Assembly (NCBI GenBank): GCA_021811315.1
Contig: JAJZPF010000001.1
Span: 206,153-270,152, forward strand
DNA: 64,000 bases
Source of the DNA: a bacterium
GTDB taxonomy: Bacteria > Elusimicrobiota > Elusimicrobia > Elusimicrobiales > UBA9959
Direction of reading: 5' to 3'
This document shows, in pieces, positions 38,901-44,900 of the stretch (position 1 is its first letter; each line of letters begins with the position of its first letter). Under the pieces are notes generated by a model. The model ran no database searches and was not told the DNA's origin. It was given only the letters and a program-made list of their open reading frames with translations. The position numbers and the translations under genes are program-made.

Positions 38901-41485
38901 ACGTAATAGCTGCCCGACTCTACGTTCAATTCCGGGGAGGTGAAAGGAATAAGTTCCCTGCTTCCCGGCATCGGCGCAAAATCATGATGTAAGCCGCCGC
39001 CATCCAGATGAAAAAAGTCCATGCCGCTGTTCGTGTCCTGCACCGTGCCGTGGATAGTATAGGTCCCGGCGGCCACATCCATGTCTACCCCGCCGATATT
39101 AAGCCGCGGACTTTCGGGGTCCACGCGGAACCACATGGTGGTGAAGTTACCTTTATTATCCCACACGGTCTGCTCATACAGCCCGTCTTCCAGGTTCAGC
39201 TCTATTTCCTGATTGTAGACATGAGGGGCATAAGAGAATTTGCGTACTACCGTATTGTCAGCGACGTTGCGGATGGTTATCTCTTTTATCCCGGAGCCGA
39301 TATCCCTGTAACTGAACCGGACCCGGTTCCAGGCTAAATCTATAGGCTCGGCTTCGGTGCCGCAGGTATCTCCGCCGCAGCCGTAGGCGAGGATGTGGTT
39401 CCTGTCCTCGTAGCCTATCGACGGCGGGAAGCCGGCCTCCACGCGCAGCGAGTGGAACTTGTCAGAGCCGCCGCCGGCGGGCATATAGCCGCTGGCGTCG
39501 CGGGTGAGCTCACGGGCGGGGTCTATATAGGATTTATCGGGGTCGATCTTAAAAAGCTCGTTGGACGTGCCCGCGATGTCCGCGCCCCTGATCTCCAGGG
39601 GAAGCATCGCATCCTGGAGATAGTAATTACCTATGGCCAAAGTGGAGACCTGCACCGAAGTGAACGGCGTAAAAGCATTATTGATGTTCACCAGCGAGGC
39701 TTCGAACATTGGCTCGCTGAAAGTGGTAATGACGGTGTACTCGCCGGGGACGATGGGCTCTTCCACGCTGGGCGCGTAGGACCGCAACATGGATTTATCG
39801 TCGAGCTCCCAAGAGCGTTTATAAAAGGTTGTGGTGCTTTGTTTCACTTCCACCTGCTTGACATAGGGGCGGAAGTTGTCGAGGGTAACCATCGTGGGAG
39901 CGCTGATAAAGCGTTCGGATTCTTCCCTATCCATGCTTTCTGCCACAGCAACCAGCCCGTACCGACCGTCTGGATAGGCCGCGTCCTCGTTGAGATTAGC
40001 TAGTACAGGCGGAATTTCGCCGGCGAAATCCTTGCGTATCCTCGTATTCCATTGGTTAAAAACAAATTCGGTTCTGGGTGTGGTGCTCAGGCTCCCGAGC
40101 GGGTTAAGCCCGGTTCTTGTGCCGTCGCTCCTGTAATCGTTTCCAGTATTGTTTATAAAAGGAGGGAAGGCATTATCCTCCTCGAATAAGGGGGAACCAC
40201 CCACAGTCCCGCCGTAATCGAATTCGGCGCGGAACGGATCAGCGGGGTCGGGAAGTTGGTCGGCGAATGTGGTTTGCACATCCCTATTGCCGTTTATGAG
40301 ATACGTATTAGCAGCCGCATCCGCTGGCGTCAAATTTGGGAGGACAGCTTCGGGGATAGCCATAAGCCTGAGCCGGTCCAGTTCATAGGAATGATAGGTT
40401 TTCCAATTCACTACTTCCGGCCCTGCCGGCCCTTCCACCACTTCCGGACGCCAGCGTATGCTGGCCTTCACACGCTCATTGTTATGGTCCATGGTGTGGT
40501 AAAGAATGCTTTCCTCCGTCGGAGTGGATACCTCACCTGAGAACTGGCTATGGCCGCGCGCGAGGTATTGCACTACATTATTCCAGCCGTCATTGAATAA
40601 AGGATTGCCTGGTTGTTTCCCGTTATAAAGCGTCAGGTCAGGGGAACTTACCTGCAAGTGGAGGTGAGCGTTATTGGTGCCGGATTTGCCCAGCGGAGCA
40701 ATTATTTCACCTGGACCCACCGCGGTTTGCGGGACAATATAGCCGGCCCTGGATTCGGCAATTTTATTGGGGCCGGCAGTTATATTGTTTCCATCATAAC
40801 CATCATCACCCTGTTTCAGGGTATTAAGAACTCCATCTGTGCCGCAGGAGACCACGATCGTGTTTTCATCTGGGGTCTGCGTTCCGACCGGCACAATCTG
40901 GTCATCTTTGCCTGCCTCGCTTTCCGGTACTTTGATTTGGAGATCAGTATGTATTCCGTCTATCCCCAAAGCCTGGACAATTCGCCCGGTTTGATTCAAG
41001 CCGGAGTAAAGAAGAACTACTCCCCTATTTACTATGCCCTCGGTATAAATTCTTTTATAGCTGCGTATTGGTGCGGTTTGTCCGACTCCGACAAAATTCC
41101 CGGATTCAATATCCTTGTGAGGGAAAATATGCAAATAAGCAAAATTTCTTCCGCCGCCGTAGTTGACTCCTATCCACTTAATCCCACTCCCGGTTTTGCC
41201 TATTCCAAAAATAGTGCCAAAACCAGCAGCGGTTACGGGGTAGTTTATATCTAAATCTCCAGACAAGTCTTTTGCATTAAGGTCTATGCCTTTATGAAAA
41301 AATGTGCCCACTGTGATTGGGTTGCCGTCAGCGTCAACCCCTAAATCCCTGGGACCATAGGCGGAATCAACACGGTATTCAATCCCGTAAGGGTCTATCG
41401 GCCAAGGCAAGACTTGCTGGGCTGAGACATCCACCAAAGGAAAAACAATAAAGCCAAGTGAAACAAGACACGACTTCAGGTTCAT
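32978..41485 (-). CDS. Giant secreted multidomain protein: signal peptide, split M23-like metallopeptidase head, 3 Big_2-like Ig domains, two 7-bladed Kelch propellers, T9SS-type C-terminal sorting domain
   Basis: 2,835-aa uninterrupted ORF. FHKGIDL and NAHLHLQ (M23 HxGxD / HxH). Big_2-like segments (e.g. LTLNPPLVFLEPGSSQQFTAQGSFSDG). 14 Kelch-type blades (PRxxHTATLLxDGxVLxxGG). C-terminus VYVFPNPAKG...ITIYTVSGR...GVYLYYIEA...KFAVVR. Confidence 0.85.
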   Translation of the reverse strand: MNLKSCLVSLGFIVFPLVDVSAQQVLPWPIDPYGIEYRVDSAYGPRDLGVDADGNPITVGTFFHKGIDLNAKDLSGDLDINYPVTAAGFGTIFGIGKTGSGIKWIGVNYGGGRNFAYLHIFPHKDIESGNFVGVGQTAPIRSYKRIYTEGIVNRGVVLLYSGLNQTGRIVQALGIDGIHTDLQIKVPESEAGKDDQIVPVGTQTPDENTIVVSCGTDGVLNTLKQGDDGYDGNNITAGPNKIAESRAGYIVPQTAVGPGEIIAPLGKSGTNNAHLHLQVSSPDLTLYNGKQPGNPLFNDGWNNVVQYLARGHSQFSGEVSTPTEESILYHTMDHNNERVKASIRWRPEVVEGPAGPEVVNWKTYHSYELDRLRLMAIPEAVLPNLTPADAAANTYLINGNRDVQTTFADQLPDPADPFRAEFDYGGTVGGSPLFEEDNAFPPFINNTGNDYRSDGTRTGLNPLGSLSTTPRTEFVFNQWNTRIRKDFAGEIPPVLANLNEDAAYPDGRYGLVAVAESMDREESERFISAPTMVTLDNFRPYVKQVEVKQSTTTFYKRSWELDDKSMLRSYAPSVEEPIVPGEYTVITTFSEPMFEASLVNINNAFTPFTSVQVSTLAIGNYYLQDAMLPLEIRGADIAGTSNELFKIDPDKSYIDPARELTRDASGYMPAGGGSDKFHSLRVEAGFPPSIGYEDRNHILAYGCGGDTCGTEAEPIDLAWNRVRFSYRDIGSGIKEITIRNVADNTVVRKFSYAPHVYNQEIELNLEDGLYEQTVWDNKGNFTTMWFRVDPESPRLNIGGVDMDVAAGTYTIHGTVQDTNSGMDFFHLDGGGLHHDFAPMPGSRELIPFTSPELNVESGSYYVFSAQDKARNGSPQPIFEFIKTAAGGEVAPGQTNLVANYISEVTASGEPCAITITSARNTFTVPIEDGLPDGVSISAALTSASLTPQVVATPGIWLHGNVSVSVTPKICNIINGENICNDACTVSLAGQSIASLANGPAEAFVRNSSATTAGVKFGFEGSIITFYNLNAGPGSKLTMESVPSPAAPKNYVVYPPGLNRSLHIKYDGALYSGIKIKTCGMLPSEAVQLGIRHYLDNGTQEDLRLVGTADEEYALDLADADHCVTRLSGSNSLFSLVAPLSMYDNAGPVVIFKVENTFEKDGAVYISSSSPVELTAEDRSSNTFALAGAASTYYQLDAEPAPKIYDGPFPLGEGAHAIHYYAIDKIDNLGETNFAQLRVDSTPPESALELNGLPIAPSATVYATTADFITLVATDTISNGVMSGLATTYFLVGVSPEDCEYSEWASGGINGMGSCENSFYSGPFNLPVGGYTIYYQSVDNVRNAETGKAIYIEVKPPVQLTSLTLNPPLVFLEPGSSQQFTAQGSFSDGTTRTIIASDGALWSVDHSTVAAADQNGLITGLGYGRTQVRVSLGGFSASAGLFIYTPVPASFSSTGDMTEPRHLHTATMLSDGTVLIAGGNGSSGILSSAELYNPLTGVFTVTGSMSEPRGRTHAATLLSDGRVLLTGGINNSAVITLAELYNPGSGKFSVTGPLATGRYAHTATLLSDGRVLIAGGSDENGPVSSAELYDPVADTFSPAGKMTSPRYLHSAELLPDGKVLIVGGFGNGVPLATAEIYDPLNNSFAPTTGQMKRARKFVETASLADGKVLVIGGYDGSATVLVSEVYDPVTGTFTDSGLTNVGRSVGHTTTLLPNGEVLVAGGNEYADGGTISSAEVYDPASKTFSLTVPMNQSRRYHAAALLLPGGKVLVCGGSDGSSSSSSAELYNFGFASPSLLESMTVNPSSATVEPGGTRQYAATGYFSDGTNRVLGVSDGLTWSVVPATVAYITTDGLATGVSFGQARITVSSGSLSADAALTVAALPFVPRFIATGPMTEPRHLHTATLLPDGMALIAGGNGDSGILSSAELYNPLTGVFTVTGSMSEPRGRTHAATLLSDGRVLLTGGINGSAVITLAELYDPSTFGFSKTGPMAVGRYAHTSTLLPDGRVLIAGGSDENGPVSSAELYDPVAGTFSPAGEMTSPRYLHSAELLPDGKVLIVGGFGNGVPLATAEIYDPLNNSFAPTTGQMKRARKFVETVSLADGKVLVIGGYDGSVAVFVAEVYDPVTGTFTDVGSTNAGRLVGHVAVSLPDGNVLVAGGDEYASGSTLSSAELYDPADEAFYITASMSQSRRYHAAALLLPGGKVLVCGGSDGSSSSLSAELYDSGFRGALSPALTSIVIAPSTATVEEGKTQQFTVSANYSNASKRALDASDGLAWSVAYDTVAAISPDGGLATGSGYGKTRVKVRYGIFSAEALLEVTPVPVPSDDGLLIVTAPGADLTVTTLSTETISSTTPVFAAMTDAGLSPVSSAFYELLPSGVVFTEPAKLKFTFDPAEIDTNTVAIYYFDTVTVAWTSASIYNQQVTFNADGSATLEGEIYHTSLYALLRASPAPAYSISLDVKPEVLNLKSEGESITAELRIDPASAGCFKRETINISAINGQPLANPLFAQEKKEKEHKKYSIECGSITVKFDREKVMPLLPENAVVKITVSGVLADGKKFSAEGTIRTIRPQKISRRGGGHGEHHKHAAFDAPAGSVKDDCELYVLSIDGDRTENEARKERAAKAGRLGRRGSAYEFGPEGSKFDKPLTISLPYDVAEKSPEKLAIAYWNETSGAWELLPSRRDASAKLVKADVPHFSQYQVVAASYAVSVTEQVKRTRVSDEGGVFASAADPEFRLGEVYVFPNPAKGSEAPTFHIETGLADSVKITIYTVSGRAAHEYTLTGMPAELDDGNGLSYAYEYTWRGHIPTGVYLYYIEAQKAGQKLKKTGKFAVVR
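34530..37425 (-). repeat. In-frame tandem duplication inside the giant gene: about 2.2 copies of a 1,311-nt (437-codon) Big_2 + 7-blade Kelch unit
   Basis: Sequence at 34861 and at 36172 aligns with a 1,311-nt offset. The plus-strand shadow ORFs 35178..35789 and 36489..37160 are near-identical. A third Big_2 copy lies at about 34530-34790. Confidence 0.85.
39181..39885. repeat. ~0.7-kb block near-identical to 42622..43326 (3' end of the head-only paralog)
   Basis: Direct nucleotide alignment with a constant offset of 3,441 nt. Only scattered mismatches, plus one ~45-nt divergent patch (39246-39290). Confidence 0.85.
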
Positions 41486-41496
41486 AACCTTTCCTT

Positions 41497-42402
41497 TTAA
41501 AACTGTAGCTTCTCTGTCTTAACCCGTCTTGTCTTGATATCCCAAAAATGAATAATTGTAATCTCTCGTTTGTCTTCAGAAATATTCATTTTTTCTATAT
41601 TTTTAAATGCCGAATTAGGAATAGTGAGTTTGTTTAGCTCAAATTTGTTCTCTTTTGTATCAAACACGCTTATCGCGGCCTTGCCGCCGGGAATTAAATC
41701 ATCTACCAGTAAGATATATCTGTCGTTATCTGAAAAAAAAGTTGGGCCAAGAAAGGAAACTTCAGCTAAAATTTCTTTTCTTAGATTTAAAATTTTTAGA
41801 CCTTCACTTTCTCCAACGGTCACAGCAAAAAATTGTCCAGTATTAGAAACCAGAGGGTTCCAGCCTTCCGTATTGTTTAGCGTTAATATTTCTTTCCCTT
41901 CCGCGTTATACACTCTGGCAATAGAAGTGTTTTCAACCGGGTCCTCCGCATATTCACTGTCGGATTTAATGTCCGCGTATTCCACAAAATCTAGGCGCGA
42001 CTCTTCTAGCACTAGGTATTTTTTATTATCACTAATCCGTGCAGAATTGCTTTCCTGCCTTACATGCTCAATATCCCTGCCGCTATGCTTGCGGAGCGAT
42101 TCAATGGCCTCTGCCACGGCTGTACTTATATTCACCTTTAACCCGGAGCGGTCGAAAACCTTCTCTTTGCCTATATGTGTTCGGATTTCTGTTTCCCCCA
42201 CACCAAGTTCTTTTACTTTCTTCCCACTCTTATCATGGAAGCGGATAACTTTGTGGTTATTCTCAAAGACTTCTTCAATTCGTTGGTTGGGGCTTGCCAC
42301 CTGCGGGATATCCTTGGCTTTAGTGGGCGTCGGCTCCGTATCTTTTGCCAGCAACATCGTGGCTAAAGCAGAAATCATCAATAAAGCTATAAAGCTTTTC
42401 AT
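41497..42402 (-). CDS. Small secreted protein, copy 1 (beta-propeller-like; unknown function), first gene of the giant-protein operon
   Basis: 301-aa ORF. Signal peptide MKSFIALLMISALATMLLA. Conserved NQRIEEVFENNHK..RFHDK. Blade-like ISDNKKYLVLE, VSNTGQFFAVT, FSDNDRYILLV. AGGAGAG Shine-Dalgarno. Paralog of 44901..45812. Confidence 0.75.
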   Translation of the reverse strand: MKSFIALLMISALATMLLAKDTEPTPTKAKDIPQVASPNQRIEEVFENNHKVIRFHDKSGKKVKELGVGETEIRTHIGKEKVFDRSGLKVNISTAVAEAIESLRKHSGRDIEHVRQESNSARISDNKKYLVLEESRLDFVEYADIKSDSEYAEDPVENTSIARVYNAEGKEILTLNNTEGWNPLVSNTGQFFAVTVGESEGLKILNLRKEILAEVSFLGPTFFSDNDRYILLVDDLIPGGKAAISVFDTKENKFELNKLTIPNSAFKNIEKMNISEDKREITIIHFWDIKTRRVKTEKLQF

Positions 42403-42518
42403 AAGTCTCTCCTGTGCGTTTTGCTTCAGTGCGGTACGGTGGCGGTGTGGTTCTCAGCGGTGTTGTGTAAACCCCAATTGCCTGCCCATGTTATAGCAGA
42501 CAAAACTCCGAGATTCAA
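42403..42518 (-). promoter_or_regulatory. Sigma70-like promoter (TTGAAT-17-TATAAC) plus ~80-nt C/A-rich 5' UTR, copy 1
   Basis: Minus strand: -35 at 42518..42513 and -10 at 42495..42490. The leader CAGGCAATTGGGGTTTACACAACACCGCTGAGAACCACACCGCCACCGTACCGCACTGAAGCAAAACGCACAGGAGAGACTT precedes the ATG. It is duplicated at 45813..45929. Confidence 0.55.
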
Positions 42519-42613
42519 TGCTTTGGCACTCAATTTATATTTAATTTATAATAATCAATTTATGGGGCAGTAACTTCTTCATGCGCGCAACCTGTCGCTT
42601 CTCTGGTTAGCAC

Positions 42614-44884
42614 TCATAATAAGCCGTCCTCCAGGTTCAGCTCTATTTCCTGATTGTAGACATGAGGGGCATAAGAGAATTTGCGTTCCGGGGTTGCCGA
42701 CGTGCTTATGCGGATGCTTATCTCCCGTATCCCGGAGCCGATATCGGCGTAGCTGAACCGGACCCGGTTCCAGGCTAAAGCGATAGGCTCGGCTTCGGTG
42801 CCGCAGGTATCTCCGCCGCAGCCGTGGGCGAGGATGTGATTCCTGTCCTCGTAGCCTATCGACGGCGGGAAGCCGGCCTCTACATGCAGCGAGTGGAACT
42901 TGTCCGAGCCGCCGCCGGCGGGCATATAGCCGCTGGCGCCGCGGGTGAGCTCCAGGGCGGGGTCTATGTAGGATTTATCGGGGTCGATCTTTAAAAGCTC
43001 GTTGGCCGTGCCCGCGATGTCCATGCCCCTGATCTCCAAGGGAAGCATCGCGTCCTGGAGATAGTAATTACCTATGGCCAGAGTGGAGACCTGCACCGAA
43101 GTGAACGGCGTAAAAGCATTATTGATGTTCACCAGCGAGGCTTCGAACATGGGCTCGCTGAAAGTGGTAATGACGGTGTACTCGCCGGGGACGATGGGCT
43201 CTTCCACGCTGGGTGCGTAGGACCGCAACATGGATTTATCGTCGAGCTCCCAAGAGCGTTTATAAAAGGTTGTGGTGCTTTGTTTCACTTCCACCTGCTT
43301 GACGTAGGGGCGGAAGTTGTCGATGGTTATCATCTTAGGGTAGCTGATAAAACGCTCGGATACTTCCCGATCGACGCTTTCCGCCACTGCGATCAGGCCA
43401 TATTGGCCATCCGGATAGGCTGCGTCTTCATTGCGGTACGCCAAGCCGGTAAAACTTTTATTTATTCCTGTGTTCCATTGGTTGAAAACAAAATCGGTTA
43501 TCGGAGTGACCGCAAGGTCCCCTTGGGGGTTAAGGCCAGTTGTTGCTCCGTAGCTTCTGAAACCGGCCCCGGTATTACCAATAAAAGGCGGGAAGGCTAT
43601 GTCGTTGTACGCACCACCGTAATTGAATTCAGCACGAAAAGTGTCACTAGACACAGGAAGTTGCAGCGCTGTTGTTATGGGGCTTCTATTCCCATTTATC
43701 AGGTAGGTATTATCCGCAATAAGGCTTGCAAAATCCAATGTCTCTTGCGCTACTTTGTCTGGAATGACGTATATTTTCACCCTGTCCAATTCATATGGAT
43801 GATAGATTTGCCAGTCAGCTCCTACCGGACGCCAGCGTATACTAGCCGTCACACGTTCATTGTTGTGGTCATCAGTGTGGTAGAGTGTGCTGTTATCCGT
43901 GGGAACAGAAATTCCGCCGGAAAACTGACTATAATCATGCACAAGATACTGAATTACATTATCCATCCCGTCGTTGTAATCGGCGCCTGCAGATGGATCA
44001 TTCGCAAGTTTCTCATCTGCGTGGCTTATCTGCAAGTGTAGATGCGAGTTGTTTGCGCCTGATTTCCCCAATGGCGCTATTATTTCCCCAGAAATAATTG
44101 TGGTTCTAGGCACAATATAACCAGCTTTTGAGTCAGCAATTTTATTTATCCCGGCGTTTATGCATGTTTTATCGACAGAATACTCATCATCCCCCTGAGG
44201 AAGCGTGTCTAAAACCCCATCATTACCAGCACAAACGACCGAAGTATCTGAAGCAGGGGTTGGGCTATATTGTGGAATCGGCTGGGTATCAAGCGCTCCA
44301 GGAACTGCTATTTCCAGATTATTATGCATGGGGCTTATTCCCAACGCTTTAACTATCCGCCCGGTATTTTTGCCGTTTAAAACCGAACCGGAATAAAAAA
44401 GAATAATTCCCATATTGTTGTCATCAATATTATTGGCATTTTTAGTGATAATCCTGCGGTAGCTTCTTATTTGATTGTTCTGGGCAATCTGATTATTTAC
44501 CACATCACTGATGTCACCGACGACAACAGCGCTATTGTTGGGGAAAATATGCAGATATGCAAGTGTGCGATTATTTCCATAATCCACTCCGATCCATTCT
44601 ATGCCATCACTGGCACGACCTATCCCAAAAATAGTGCCATCGCCTGGGGCTATTATTGGCTGATTAAGATCCGCATCTCCGGTGTTCCCACCAGTGTTTT
44701 GTTCATTCAAGTCAAGGCCTTTATGAAAAAAAGTGCCTCTGACAACATTTCTGGGACCGTAAGCAGATTCCACTCGGTAAGGGTATCCCTCGGGGTCGGA
44801 GGGCCAGGGCAATAATTGGGCGTAGGCCGAAATTGCTGAACAGGCAATTACGCCGACAATAAAAAAATACCGTTTAAATCTCAT
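42614..44884 (-). CDS. Head-only paralog of the giant protein (signal peptide + split M23-like domain + conserved middle region), truncated at the duplication junction
   Basis: 756-aa intact ORF. FHKGLDL and NSHLHLQ motifs. The last ~235 aa are nearly identical to giant-protein residues encoded at 39181-39885. It ends ...NLEDGLL* where the giant continues ...NLEDGLYEQTVW. No Big_2, Kelch or CTD. Confidence 0.75.
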   Translation of the reverse strand: MRFKRYFFIVGVIACSAISAYAQLLPWPSDPEGYPYRVESAYGPRNVVRGTFFHKGLDLNEQNTGGNTGDADLNQPIIAPGDGTIFGIGRASDGIEWIGVDYGNNRTLAYLHIFPNNSAVVVGDISDVVNNQIAQNNQIRSYRRIITKNANNIDDNNMGIILFYSGSVLNGKNTGRIVKALGISPMHNNLEIAVPGALDTQPIPQYSPTPASDTSVVCAGNDGVLDTLPQGDDEYSVDKTCINAGINKIADSKAGYIVPRTTIISGEIIAPLGKSGANNSHLHLQISHADEKLANDPSAGADYNDGMDNVIQYLVHDYSQFSGGISVPTDNSTLYHTDDHNNERVTASIRWRPVGADWQIYHPYELDRVKIYVIPDKVAQETLDFASLIADNTYLINGNRSPITTALQLPVSSDTFRAEFNYGGAYNDIAFPPFIGNTGAGFRSYGATTGLNPQGDLAVTPITDFVFNQWNTGINKSFTGLAYRNEDAAYPDGQYGLIAVAESVDREVSERFISYPKMITIDNFRPYVKQVEVKQSTTTFYKRSWELDDKSMLRSYAPSVEEPIVPGEYTVITTFSEPMFEASLVNINNAFTPFTSVQVSTLAIGNYYLQDAMLPLEIRGMDIAGTANELLKIDPDKSYIDPALELTRGASGYMPAGGGSDKFHSLHVEAGFPPSIGYEDRNHILAHGCGGDTCGTEAEPIALAWNRVRFSYADIGSGIREISIRISTSATPERKFSYAPHVYNQEIELNLEDGLL
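42622..43326. repeat. ~0.7-kb block near-identical to 39181..39885
   Basis: See the partner feature. The offset of 3,441 nt equals 1,147 codons, so the two copies are in the same reading frame. Confidence 0.85.
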
Positions 44885-44900
44885 ACACCTCTATCCCTTT

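Noticed and set aside
41570-42496. 308-aa Ser-rich plus-strand ORF, plus smaller plus-strand ORFs across 33.2-45.9 kb.
   Set aside because: They are antisense to the small secreted protein and giant genes and are low in complexity. The plus-strand 'paralogs' 35178..35789 and 36489..37160 merely mirror the Kelch tandem duplication on the coding minus strand.
42614-44884. Calling the head-only M23 paralog a pseudogene.
   Set aside because: It keeps an intact 756-codon frame, a signal peptide, both M23 motifs, a Shine-Dalgarno and its own promoter unit. The truncation is real, but loss of function is not demonstrated. It was kept as a CDS with a caveat.
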